NCBI GenBank assembly: GCA_965367815.1
Contig: CBDUKN010000028.1
Coordinates: 1 to 27,939, forward strand
Direction of reading: 5' to 3'
Origin: an uncultured Thermoprotei archaeon
GTDB lineage: Archaea; Thermoproteota; Thermoprotei; Thermofilales; B15-G2
Length of the DNA: 27,939 nucleotides
Position 1 is the stretch's first letter; the number at the start of each line of letters is the position of its first letter. Under the pieces are notes generated by a model. It was not told where the DNA came from. It saw only the letters and a list, made by a program, of their open reading frames with translations, and did not search any database. This document shows, one piece after another, positions 1-9,363 of the stretch. The translations under genes were made by a program, and so were the position numbers.

Positions 1-1
1 C

Positions 2-250
2 ATTAAACTAGCAGACGTATACAACCTAGCAGTAGTAGTAACAAACCAAGTACTAGCAAACCCAGAAGCATTCTTCGCTGCGCCTATGAAACCCGCAGGA
101 GGACATATAGTTGCCCACGGATGTACCTATAGAATTTGGCTAAGAAAAAGCAAAGAAGGTATAAGAATAGCTCGTATCATAGATTCGCCTAAACATCCTG
201 AAATAGAGGCAACCTTTAGAATAACTGAGGAAGGCATAGTCGACGTATAG
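2..250 (+). CDS. radA: DNA repair and recombination protein RadA, C-terminal part (5' truncated by window edge)
   Basis: Not in ORF track. Frame +2 translates to [82 protein letters not shown], with the RadA/Rad51 motifs VVVTNQV, GGH.AH, DSP.P..EA.F.I...GI. Confidence 0.93.
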   Translation: MKLADVYNLAVVVTNQVLANPEAFFAAPMKPAGGHIVAHGCTYRIWLRKSKEGIRIARIIDSPKHPEIEATFRITEEGIVDV

Positions 251-283
251 CTTAAGTATCTCGCCTAAGTAAAGTATCACAGT

Positions 284-1375
284 GTGAAGAAACTCGAAGT
301 AATGGAAATACCTAGGTACGTAGTTTTTGGCCCTAGGGCAGTTAGGGAAATAAGCAAAGTATGTTCAGCTTTAGGATTAGGGAGAAAGGTTGTGATAGTT
401 TGTGGTGGAGAAAAAACAACTAAAATAGCTGAAGAAGAAGTTAGACCCTATCTTGAGGAAGAAAACTACGATATTGTTGTTTTCCCTATAGGTTCCGGCT
501 ACCCGACTGTAGAAAAAATTCTTAAAATAGAGGAAAGAATACGTGTATTAAAGAGAGATTTCGTTTTAGCTGTAGGTGGGGGAAGAACAATAGATGCCGC
601 GAAACTGGCAGCTACTTGGGCCGGTATACCCTATATAAGTGTTCCGACAAGTGCTGCAAATGATGGAATATCTTCTCCCGCAATATCTTTCTTGCTCCGA
701 ATGGATGTTAAAGAGAAATTAGGAGAAGGAAAAAGTCGAGCAAAAGCGCCAATTGCCATAGTCGCGGACACTGATATTATTTCAAGAGCGCCTCCTGAAA
801 CAGTTGCCGCGGGCTGTGGCGACATGCTCGCAAAGTTTGTTGCAGTTCGCGACTGGAGGCTCGCTTATAAGCTTAGAGGAGAAGACTTCAGTGAATATGC
901 TGCATCAGTAGCCTTAATGAGTGCTGAGCTAATTGTAAAGAAAGCAGAGTACATTAAGAAGGGGCTTGAAGAAAGTACGAGGCTCTTAGTTAAAGCACTT
1001 ATTGGAAGTGGAGTCGCTATAAGTATAGCCGGAAGTACTAGACCAGCCTCTGGAAGCGAGCATCTCTTCAGCCACGCACTAGATCTTCTTTCGCGCAAAT
1101 ATGGATTTAAGCCAGCTCCACATGGAATGCAGTGCGGAGTAGGAGCCATAATGATGATGTGGCTTCACGGCGGAGACTGGATGACTATTAAAGAAACTCT
1201 CAAAAAAGTAGGTGCACCGACTAATGCTGAAGAACTGGGAATAGAGCCAAAGTACATAATCGAGGCTCTGACTATAGCGCATAAAATAAGACCTGAAAGA
1301 TATACCATACTGGGAGAAAAGGGCCTCAGCAGAGAAGCTGCCATAAGAATGGCTAAAGAAACGGAAGTAATCTAA
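284..1375 (+). CDS. egsA: sn-glycerol-1-phosphate dehydrogenase (archaeal lipid backbone)
   Basis: GGGRTID, PTSAANDGISSP, GCGDMLAK, RPASGSEHLFSHAL, HGMQCGVG and RPERYTIL motifs; GTG start about 25 nt after TATA-like CTTAAGTA (251-258). Confidence 0.95.
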   Translation: MKKLEVMEIPRYVVFGPRAVREISKVCSALGLGRKVVIVCGGEKTTKIAEEEVRPYLEEENYDIVVFPIGSGYPTVEKILKIEERIRVLKRDFVLAVGGGRTIDAAKLAATWAGIPYISVPTSAANDGISSPAISFLLRMDVKEKLGEGKSRAKAPIAIVADTDIISRAPPETVAAGCGDMLAKFVAVRDWRLAYKLRGEDFSEYAASVALMSAELIVKKAEYIKKGLEESTRLLVKALIGSGVAISIAGSTRPASGSEHLFSHALDLLSRKYGFKPAPHGMQCGVGAIMMMWLHGGDWMTIKETLKKVGAPTNAEELGIEPKYIIEALTIAHKIRPERYTILGEKGLSREAAIRMAKETEVI

Positions 1376-1456
1376 GTCTTTTGACAGCATAGGAGCGGCT
1401 GGAGGCTAGGAAAGAGTAAAATATCTGTAAATAGAGACTAGTTTCGGCGAAAGTAG

Positions 1457-2647
1457 ATGAGTAGACCATTCTACATCGCTACTCCGGAAGAAATACTCAA
1501 AGGAGAGGCAACAGACGTATACTACAAGAGAACTCTCGAAATTCTCAAGAAGAAAAACTTAGACAAAACTAAAGTAATAATGGACATGCACTCGTACTCT
1601 TTCCCTAAGAACTACAAGTGGGCTGTATTCGCTGGACTCGAAGAAGTTCTCAGAATACTTGAAGGAAAGCCTGTCAAAGTATGGGCCATGGACGAGGGAA
1701 CTATTATTCGGCCATGGGAACCAGTAATAAGCATTGAGTGCCAGTACGGCGACGTCTGCGTCTACGAGAGCATTTTCCTGGGAATAGTTCGCTTCTACAG
1801 CAGTATAGCGACTAAGGCTGCTAGACTAAAGAAAATAGCAGGCGACAGGAAAGTAGTATTCTTCGGTATAAGAGCACTCCACCCTGCAGTAACTCCAGCA
1901 GCCGATAGAGCCGCTTTCATCGGAGGCTGTGATGCAGTAAGCGGAGTTATAGGGGCTAAGCTTATAGGAGAAAAGCCTGTAGGCACAATGCCTCACGAGC
2001 TGATACTTATTTTTGAAGACCAGCGAAAGGCCTGGAAAGCTTTCGACGAAGTAGTTTCACCTGAAGTGCCGAGAATATGTCTCTGCGACACGTGGTTTGA
2101 TGAAAGAGTAGAAGCAGTCATGGCGGCAGAAACTCTCGGAGAAAAACTCGCGGCAGTAAGATTCGATACACCTGGCTCAAGAAGAGGAAATATGCTAAAA
2201 ATAGTTAAGGAAGCCCGCTGGACACTAGACCTTCTAGGCTACAAACACGTAAAAATAGTTGTAAGCGGAGGTATAGATGAAGAACAAATAGCTGAGCTAA
2301 AAGAGTATGCAGATTTCTTCGGTGTGGGAACAGCTATAGCCTGTCCCCCGCCTGTAGACTTTTCCTTCGACTTAGTAGCTAAGTACGATGAGAAAACAGG
2401 CGAATGGAAGCCAATAAGCAAAAAGGGCAAGCTTCCTGGAAGAAAACAAGTCTACCGCTGCGAAAACTGCTTTGAAGACTACTTAGTTCCTTGGAACAAA
2501 AGTCTAGACAAATGTCCCAAGTGCGGAGGAAAAGTAAAGCCATTACTCAAACTCTATGTAGACAACGGTAAAATAGTAAGAGAGCTTCCTCCTGCCCGCA
2601 AGGTAAGAGAATATGTCTTAGAGCAGTTAAGTAAAGTTGAGCTATAG
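1457..2647 (+). CDS. pncB: Nicotinate phosphoribosyltransferase with C-terminal Zn ribbon
   Basis: TDVYY, FGIR, GTMPH (phospho-His motif), DT, VRFDT, VSGG, FGVGT motifs; CENC...CPKC near the C-terminus. Confidence 0.9.
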   Translation: MSRPFYIATPEEILKGEATDVYYKRTLEILKKKNLDKTKVIMDMHSYSFPKNYKWAVFAGLEEVLRILEGKPVKVWAMDEGTIIRPWEPVISIECQYGDVCVYESIFLGIVRFYSSIATKAARLKKIAGDRKVVFFGIRALHPAVTPAADRAAFIGGCDAVSGVIGAKLIGEKPVGTMPHELILIFEDQRKAWKAFDEVVSPEVPRICLCDTWFDERVEAVMAAETLGEKLAAVRFDTPGSRRGNMLKIVKEARWTLDLLGYKHVKIVVSGGIDEEQIAELKEYADFFGVGTAIACPPPVDFSFDLVAKYDEKTGEWKPISKKGKLPGRKQVYRCENCFEDYLVPWNKSLDKCPKCGGKVKPLLKLYVDNGKIVRELPPARKVREYVLEQLSKVEL

Positions 2648-2691
2648 CAACCACTTAATATTTTAGTCTTCTACTACTATTTCTAGAGCAA

Positions 2692-4935
2692 ATGGCGCTA
2701 GACGAGTTTCTAGAGAGAATAGCCAGAGACAGAGCAAGAAAAATAGTATATGTTCACGTAGAAGAACCCAGGCTCCCCGAATGGGGGTGCTCTGTCGACG
2801 TTCTCCCTGTACCCGAGCCAGTTAAAAATAGCTTAAAAGCAGCGGGCATAACAAGACTGTATAGATTCCAGGAGCAGGCTATCAAGACTATTCTCTCGGG
2901 AAAAGATACTTTAATTCTAGCTGGAACAGGAATGGGTAAAACAGAAGCCTTTCTCGTACCAATTTTAAGCAAAGTAGTAGAAAATCCTTTTGGAGGAGTA
3001 AAAGCCCTCCTAATATACCCTACGAAAGCCCTCGCAAGAGACCAGCTCAAAAGAATACTGAAGTTAACTTCAACAATATTTGGAGCGAGAGTAGCTGTTC
3101 TCGACGGAGATACTCCTGAGAAAGAGCGCAGAAGAATATACTCTAATCCGCCGCCAATACTCATAACAAACCCCGATATGATTCATGTATCACTCCAGCT
3201 TTCGCAGGAATTCAAGCATTTAATAAGCACAGTGGAATACGTCGTCTTAGACGATGTCCACGTATACAACGGTGTTTTAGGAGCACACGTAGCATATGTT
3301 TTAAGAAGACTGCGTAGAGTACTTAAAGAAGAGCCTCTCTTCATAGGTTCCTCAGCAACAATAGGAAATCCTGAATCTTTTGCTAAAAAATTCTTCGGAA
3401 AAGAAGTAGAAGTCATTAGAGCAGGAGAGTCAAAGAAAAGCAGAGTTACTCACGTTCTAGTAAAGCCTTTTGGTAGATCAAAGTACGTAGAAGCACTAGC
3501 TTTACTTAAAGTAAGTTTAGAAAAAGGCAAGAAGACTCTGATATTTGCTGATAGCCATAGAGCAGTAGAGTCCCTTAAAAGATACGCCAACAGATATAGA
3601 GTTCCTCTAAAAGTCCACAGAGCAGGAATCTCCCCGAGCGAGAGAGCGAAAATAGAGGAGCTTTTTAGAAAAGGAATACTTAGAGCCCTCGCCGCAACGC
3701 CTACACTTGAAGTGGGAATAGACATAGGAGACCTTGACGTAGTCATATTACTCAACATACCGCCTACATACACCAGATACGTGCAGAGAACAGGAAGATG
3801 TGGTAGAAGAGGACAAGAAGCCTATGTATTCACTATTCTAGGAGACGACCCTATTAGCGGATACTACGAAAATAATCCTGGAGACTTTTTCAGAAGAGAA
3901 TACGACCCGATGGCAATAGACTTAAGCAACGAGGAAATAGTTAAAACGCATCTCTTAGCAATGGCTAGAGACCAGCCCTATAAACCTACAGACTTAACTC
4001 CTCTTGAGAGACAAATTTTAGCAAAGCTGCTGGTAGAAGGATTAGTCAGAGTAAATAATTATGTCAAGCTCACACGCAAAGGACTGAAGTACCTCAGGAA
4101 ACGAATGAGTCTAAGAGGAACAGGAGACGTAGTCGAAATAGTTGACAGCAGGACAGGTAGAGCTATAGGAAGCAGAGAGTTGCCTATGGCGATTCGGGAA
4201 CTTCATCCCGGAGCGATCTACATGCACGGGGGCGAACTATTCAGAGTAATCGAATATAAGGAAAAAGAAAAGAAAGCATTTGTAGAGAAAATACCAGTAG
4301 ACATTGAGCTTACAACGTACCCTCTCTACTACAGCGAGCCATCAGAAGAGAAAGTGCTTAGCGAGAAAAGAGTCTACAATACACCAGTAGCATACGGCGA
4401 GCTCACTGTGAGACAAGTCGTATGGGGATATGTTGAGAAAAACTTCTTCACAGGAGAAATGCTTTCTGAAAAAGTACTAGACAATGAAGTAAGCTACCTC
4501 TTTAAAAGCAAAGGAATATACTTGTGGATTCCGCCAAATCCCTCTTGGAATATATTTCAGAACGCCGAGGCATTTCATGCAATAGAGCACGCGCTAATAA
4601 CGGCAGCAGAGCTTCTTGTAGGAGCTTCTCCAACAGACTTAGCCGGAATAAGCTTCCCGTCAGGACACATCTACATCTACGACTCTCACGCGGGAGGATC
4701 TGGCATAAGCTATCTGCTTTACGAGAGACTCGAAGAAGCCTTCAAAAGAGCATACAACTTAGTAAAGAAGTGTAAATGCGAAGACGGCTGCCCACGCTGT
4801 ATTTTCTCGCCTTACTGTGGAAACAACAACAAGATACTTTCAAGGAAGAAGGCTCTTCAAGTACTCGAGACGATTATCTACAAGCCTAGAGTAATAGAAG
4901 TTATAGAAGAACGTTACGGAAAACCAATAGTTTAA
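2692..4935 (+). CDS. SF2 helicase of the Hrq1/SftH/MrfA type with C-terminal DUF1998 Zn-binding domain
   Basis: Q motif LYRFQ, Walker A GTGMGKT, YPTKALARDQ, TNPDM, motif II DDVH, SAT, TLEVGIDIG, QRTGRCGR; C-terminal HAIEHAL, IYD..AGGSG, CKCEDGCPRC. Confidence 0.9.
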   Translation: MALDEFLERIARDRARKIVYVHVEEPRLPEWGCSVDVLPVPEPVKNSLKAAGITRLYRFQEQAIKTILSGKDTLILAGTGMGKTEAFLVPILSKVVENPFGGVKALLIYPTKALARDQLKRILKLTSTIFGARVAVLDGDTPEKERRRIYSNPPPILITNPDMIHVSLQLSQEFKHLISTVEYVVLDDVHVYNGVLGAHVAYVLRRLRRVLKEEPLFIGSSATIGNPESFAKKFFGKEVEVIRAGESKKSRVTHVLVKPFGRSKYVEALALLKVSLEKGKKTLIFADSHRAVESLKRYANRYRVPLKVHRAGISPSERAKIEELFRKGILRALAATPTLEVGIDIGDLDVVILLNIPPTYTRYVQRTGRCGRRGQEAYVFTILGDDPISGYYENNPGDFFRREYDPMAIDLSNEEIVKTHLLAMARDQPYKPTDLTPLERQILAKLLVEGLVRVNNYVKLTRKGLKYLRKRMSLRGTGDVVEIVDSRTGRAIGSRELPMAIRELHPGAIYMHGGELFRVIEYKEKEKKAFVEKIPVDIELTTYPLYYSEPSEEKVLSEKRVYNTPVAYGELTVRQVVWGYVEKNFFTGEMLSEKVLDNEVSYLFKSKGIYLWIPPNPSWNIFQNAEAFHAIEHALITAAELLVGASPTDLAGISFPSGHIYIYDSHAGGSGISYLLYERLEEAFKRAYNLVKKCKCEDGCPRCIFSPYCGNNNKILSRKKALQVLETIIYKPRVIEVIEERYGKPIV

Positions 4936-4988
4936 ATTTCATTTAAATGTGGGAAAGTTTATAATGTTCGCACACTTTTCTCCCTTAA

Positions 4989-7900
4989 ATGAGGAAAGCC
5001 AGTATCATCCTAGCTCTAGTAGTAATACTGGGAATAATTATTCCCACGTGTCAATGTACTCCCACAACTGAAGACAGCTATCCTTATGTACTTCGCTTAG
5101 AATGGCGGGTTGATATACCTGCAAGAGTTTCCTGTATTTCAGCTTCAAAAAACTTTGAAACAGTTGCCGCGTTAATTAGAAGCTATCCTTACAGTAAACT
5201 AACACTATTTTACAGAGGAAATCTCTGTACAATAGAGCTTAAAGGCCTACCTATAGACGGAATATGGGTTACAGCTAGAGGAGACTATTTTTTAGCTCAC
5301 TTTACAAACGGGTCGCTCATCCTACTTGACGAAAACTTGAGAAAAGTAGTTCACTTTGGGCAAATGGATGATGCAAGAAACGCTATTTTCTCAGATAACG
5401 GAGAGTACTTCGTAGTATACGGCACTAGAAAGTTGAAATACTATAGTATATGGAAAATATTTCCTATATATGAGACGAGCTACATAAATTCAATACTGAA
5501 AGTAGACGTATCTTCGAGCGGGGAGTACGTCTTAGTAGCAGGTTTCAACACTTTCTGCGGAGCATGTATAAGTGAAGGATTAGTCTATACAAAACTAGCA
5601 AAATCTTCGGGTGAATATGTATCAATATGTGATAAATTTAGCTCAGACTGTATAGGCTACTTAACGCATGTACTTGGACCTAAAGGTATTTCAGCTAGAT
5701 TGAAAGCAGATGTAGGGAGAACGCTACTAGTTTTCTACAACGATGAACTTAAAGTAATAAAGAAAGTGTCATTTCCGTATAAATTCAAGAATTTATGGAA
5801 CTTCAATAGCAAAGCAAGAGTATTGAAAAAAGGCGACAGAGCGATAATAGCTGTAGATAAAGGTGAAGGCGAGTGGATCCTGTATGAAATAGATTTCGAA
5901 AACCTAGACATTAAGTACCCAGGAAATCTTACAGAAGTCAAAGCAGACTTCCTAGACTTCTCTCCATCAAATGTACTTATAGCATGCAGGAAAGTCGAGC
6001 AGAAAATAGTTCTCACAGTAGTAAACATGACTGACAGACAAGTACTAGCAGAAATAGAAAGAGCGCTCCTCGACACACGTGAAGAAGTAAAATCAGTAGA
6101 AATGTCATTGGATGGAAGAAAAGTTCTCTTAATAACTACAAAAGCAATTGAATGCTATTCTCTCCAGAAGAAAAAAGCTATGCCCGAAAAAGAGAAAACT
6201 AGAGTAATATTTCAATTCACTTTAGAAGGAAACCTAACAGACATAAGCTTAGAGCTAATAGATCTTGAAACAAGACAAATAGTTTTCAGCGACACTATCA
6301 ACACCACAACTTTGGAATTATACTTACCTAAGAAAGCTTACCTGCTAAAAGCTCAAGCTGAAGGCTATGTGCCGCAGCAAGTAGTATTTAACTTGACTTT
6401 ATTCAACTACACTACAGTAGTGCCTATATACTTAACCAAAGTGAAGCAAGAAGCTCTCTACAGAAAAGTCTTTGTTCAAGTAGTAGACACTAAAGGATGC
6501 GGGCTACCTACTGCAACAATACTAGTGTACTACAATACTCGCTTAGTGACAGCAAAAATAACTGAAACAAATGGTTCAGCCGCTTTTCTCCTACCTAAAG
6601 GAAATTACTCAATTGAAGTAACAAAGGAAGGCTATTACTCGGCTTACTGCAATATAACTGTAAGCGAAAGCGATGTAACTATATTTGTCACATTAGCAAA
6701 AAGAATAGAAGAATTCACTGCAGTACTCCATGTATTCAACTACACAGGAGAGCCTGTCAAGGAATTCTCGCTCCTCATAATTGAAGCAAATACGTCGAAA
6801 GTCCTCTACAAGACTAAAGTAGAGGGAAATGTGTACACCGCAGTTCTACCCAAAGGAATATACACAGTATTTGTAAACGCGTCTGGGGCACTCCCATTCA
6901 ACAAAACGATATCAGTTTCAACGAACACTACTCTCTACATTACCCTTGGCCCTGTTGAAAGAAAAACACTAATACCGGAAACACTCTACACAGTCTTAAC
7001 CACGCTCTTCTTCTTAATGGCTTTAATTATAGTAATGTTCGTATTAATGCTCACAAACGAGAAAATAGCTCTAAGAATAGTTAAGCATAGAAGAAAAATA
7101 GTTACATTAACACTAATAGTAGTCATAGCCTTTATATTGGCTCTCTCCTCGCTTCCAATGATATATCAGCAGGCTCCTAAACTAGAAGAAAAAGCAGAAC
7201 GCCCCTACGACCTTTCATTTAAGCTAGTCGACGGAACAGCAGCTAGACTAAGCGACTATAGAGGAAAAATACTCATAGTAGAGCTAATGAGCACAGAGTG
7301 TCCAACATGCGAGAAAATAATACCTGTTCTCAAAGAAATATACTCCAAGTACAGAGGAATAGTCGAAATAATTTCGATTAGCATAGATCCCAGGGACACA
7401 GCCGAGATTCTAAAGGCTTATGCCGTAAAGAAAGATATTCCATGGAAAATAGGCTACAATTCTACAGCAGTATACACAGACAAATACTTATCTAAAGTAT
7501 TTGCAGGTACACCTACAATACTAATCATAGACAGAGAAGGCTATGTACGAAAAGTACTATACGGTGCAGTAAGCTACGAACAGTTTAATGAAGCCTTGTC
7601 GGACATACTTAAATCAGTTGAAGTAAGCATAACAAGTCTGCTCATAAGCACACTCGTACTTGGAGTACTATCGAACTTTTCTGTATGCAGCTTCCAGCAA
7701 GCAGTCTTCCTCATAGGCTACCTTACAGGCCTAGAGCACTCTGTTCGCAGAACAATAGCGGTTACGATACTCTATGTCTTAGGCCTGGCAACAATGTTCA
7801 TAGTGATAGGAGTGCTAATATTCCAGATAGGCGCGCTAGCACAAAATAGAAGCCTACTTCTCCTAGTAGGCGGAATAATCACAGTGCTCATAGGTTTGAG

Positions 7901-8345
7901 AATGTTAAACATAATTAAGCCTCCTAAATCAAAGCTCCTTGGAGACCTCTTTAGAAAGTTTAGAGGAGTAGAAGAATCGACAGTAAAGTCGCTTGCAGGC
8001 GCCTACGCACTAGGACTCGCTGTAGGAGCAGGCTTTGCCTGGACACAGTGCCTAGGCTCATTCCTGCCAGCTGTAATGTACGCGCTGTCCTACGGCTTTA
8101 CTGACATAAAGTATGGAATACTAGTGCCACTTATCTACACAATAGGATTTAGTGTAGTCTTTTTAGTAATAGCGCTCGCAATAGAATTCGGCATGGCTAG
8201 ACTAGCTAAGAAGAGTGAGAAGAGACTAGAGCTAATAGAGAAGATCTTCAGCCTCCTAATACTTTTCTTCGGAATCGACATGATTGTAGCAGGATTATTC
8301 AGTACAATGACTATTTTTGAGAGAATAGGCCAGTTAGTAAGATAG
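4989..8345 (+). CDS. Secreted/membrane multidomain redox protein: signal peptide, beta-propeller-like region, three PEGA/carboxypeptidase-regulatory-like repeats, two TM helices, TlpA-like thioredoxin, CcdA/DsbD membrane domain
   Basis: N-terminal basic+hydrophobic leader; three LPK(G/K)xY repeats; LSDYRGK...STECPTC...SISID...GTPTILIIDREG (TlpA/ResA fold); hydrophobic C-terminus with two Cys motifs SNFSVCSF and FAWTQCLG at CcdA-like spacing. Confidence 0.8.
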   Translation: MRKASIILALVVILGIIIPTCQCTPTTEDSYPYVLRLEWRVDIPARVSCISASKNFETVAALIRSYPYSKLTLFYRGNLCTIELKGLPIDGIWVTARGDYFLAHFTNGSLILLDENLRKVVHFGQMDDARNAIFSDNGEYFVVYGTRKLKYYSIWKIFPIYETSYINSILKVDVSSSGEYVLVAGFNTFCGACISEGLVYTKLAKSSGEYVSICDKFSSDCIGYLTHVLGPKGISARLKADVGRTLLVFYNDELKVIKKVSFPYKFKNLWNFNSKARVLKKGDRAIIAVDKGEGEWILYEIDFENLDIKYPGNLTEVKADFLDFSPSNVLIACRKVEQKIVLTVVNMTDRQVLAEIERALLDTREEVKSVEMSLDGRKVLLITTKAIECYSLQKKKAMPEKEKTRVIFQFTLEGNLTDISLELIDLETRQIVFSDTINTTTLELYLPKKAYLLKAQAEGYVPQQVVFNLTLFNYTTVVPIYLTKVKQEALYRKVFVQVVDTKGCGLPTATILVYYNTRLVTAKITETNGSAAFLLPKGNYSIEVTKEGYYSAYCNITVSESDVTIFVTLAKRIEEFTAVLHVFNYTGEPVKEFSLLIIEANTSKVLYKTKVEGNVYTAVLPKGIYTVFVNASGALPFNKTISVSTNTTLYITLGPVERKTLIPETLYTVLTTLFFLMALIIVMFVLMLTNEKIALRIVKHRRKIVTLTLIVVIAFILALSSLPMIYQQAPKLEEKAERPYDLSFKLVDGTAARLSDYRGKILIVELMSTECPTCEKIIPVLKEIYSKYRGIVEIISISIDPRDTAEILKAYAVKKDIPWKIGYNSTAVYTDKYLSKVFAGTPTILIIDREGYVRKVLYGAVSYEQFNEALSDILKSVEVSITSLLISTLVLGVLSNFSVCSFQQAVFLIGYLTGLEHSVRRTIAVTILYVLGLATMFIVIGVLIFQIGALAQNRSLLLLVGGIITVLIGLRMLNIIKPPKSKLLGDLFRKFRGVEESTVKSLAGAYALGLAVGAGFAWTQCLGSFLPAVMYALSYGFTDIKYGILVPLIYTIGFSVVFLVIALAIEFGMARLAKKSEKRLELIEKIFSLLILFFGIDMIVAGLFSTMTIFERIGQLVR

Positions 8346-8348
8346 ATT

Positions 8349-8996
8349 CTACCTAGATATTTTCAATAAAAATATTTTATCGAATATTGTTTTCTTAACT
8401 CCTTCAATTGAGCAAGTAAAACCAAAATCCTTTACAATACTGAGGACTTTCTCTAAGCCTGTAAGAGAAGAGCACGTAATGTAAGCTTCACCTCCTTTTT
8501 TGAGCTTCTCAGAAAGCTCTTCTATAAACTTATAAAATAACTCGAGTTTTCTTCCACAGCAAATAGCTAAGTCGATTTCGTCAAGAGGATCTAACGGTAA
8601 GTAAGGAGGATTGAATACTACGACATTAAGCGAAGAGGCTCTAAAACAAGAAAGACCGTCGGCTACTATGACATCTATTTTGTGGCTATACTTGGCGCAC
8701 ACGATATTCTGTTTAGCGCAACACGCGGTTCTCCACACGACATCGGTTGCAATACCATAGTTTATTTTGTCAGCTAGTGAAATTATGAGCGCGCCGCTAC
8801 CCGACCCTACTTCAACTAACTCATTGAATGTCTTTTCATGTAAGTGCTCTACAAGAAGATCTGTAGAGTATGTTCTTTTGGGATTAAAGACAGAGTCTAA
8901 GTAGAGGCGTATCCCTCTATAGTTAATGTATTTTCCAGTAGAGAGCTTAATGTATGCTCTAAGAAGTTTTCTAACGATTTTTGCTCGAAGACTCAT
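8349..8996 (-). CDS. HemK/Mtq2-like class I SAM-dependent N-methyltransferase
   Basis: EVGSGSG SAM-binding motif and VVFNPPYLP catalytic motif. Confidence 0.85.
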   Translation of the reverse strand: MSLRAKIVRKLLRAYIKLSTGKYINYRGIRLYLDSVFNPKRTYSTDLLVEHLHEKTFNELVEVGSGSGALIISLADKINYGIATDVVWRTACCAKQNIVCAKYSHKIDVIVADGLSCFRASSLNVVVFNPPYLPLDPLDEIDLAICCGRKLELFYKFIEELSEKLKKGGEAYITCSSLTGLEKVLSIVKDFGFTCSIEGVKKTIFDKIFLLKISR

Positions 8997-9238
8997 GGGA
9001 AAACAGTCTTCACTTCTACTTCTTTCACTCCCTCGACTTCACTGACTTTTCTTTCGATCACTAAGGCAAAGTACCTCATCAATGGGCAGAACGGCGAAGT
9101 AGGCCTAAAGTATACCGTCACTTTACCGTCTTCTACTTTAATATCTTTGACCATGCCTGCGTCAACAATATTCATACCTATTTCTGGGTCCATAACTTCT
9201 TTTAGAGCCGACAATACTTTCTCTTTTAACTCTGACAT
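8993..9238 (-). CDS. DUF59 (SufT/MIP18/PaaD-like) Fe-S assembly protein
   Basis: L..VMDPEIGMNIVDAGMV...PTSPFCP signature; its stop overlaps the methyltransferase start (ATGA). Confidence 0.9.
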   Translation of the reverse strand: MSELKEKVLSALKEVMDPEIGMNIVDAGMVKDIKVEDGKVTVYFRPTSPFCPLMRYFALVIERKVSEVEGVKEVEVKTVFP

Positions 9239-9281
9239 AGTGTACTATTACTGTCTGCAAAATATATAGCTTTAAGCAAAC

Positions 9282-9299
9282 TGTTCGCTATAGAGAACA
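9282..9299. promoter_or_regulatory. 18-bp near-perfect palindrome between divergent promoters
   Basis: TGTTCGCTATAGAGAACA; one mismatched pair against its reverse complement. Confidence 0.4.
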
Positions 9300-9363
9300 A
9301 AGAGTAGTCAGAATAACAGCAAAACTTAAAATATTCAATTATTAACTCTACGAGGGGGTCATT

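Noticed and set aside
2459-2530. Zn ribbon on PncB as a novelty
   Set aside because: I recall similar C-terminal Cys pairs in other archaeal nicotinate phosphoribosyltransferases, so it is probably ordinary.
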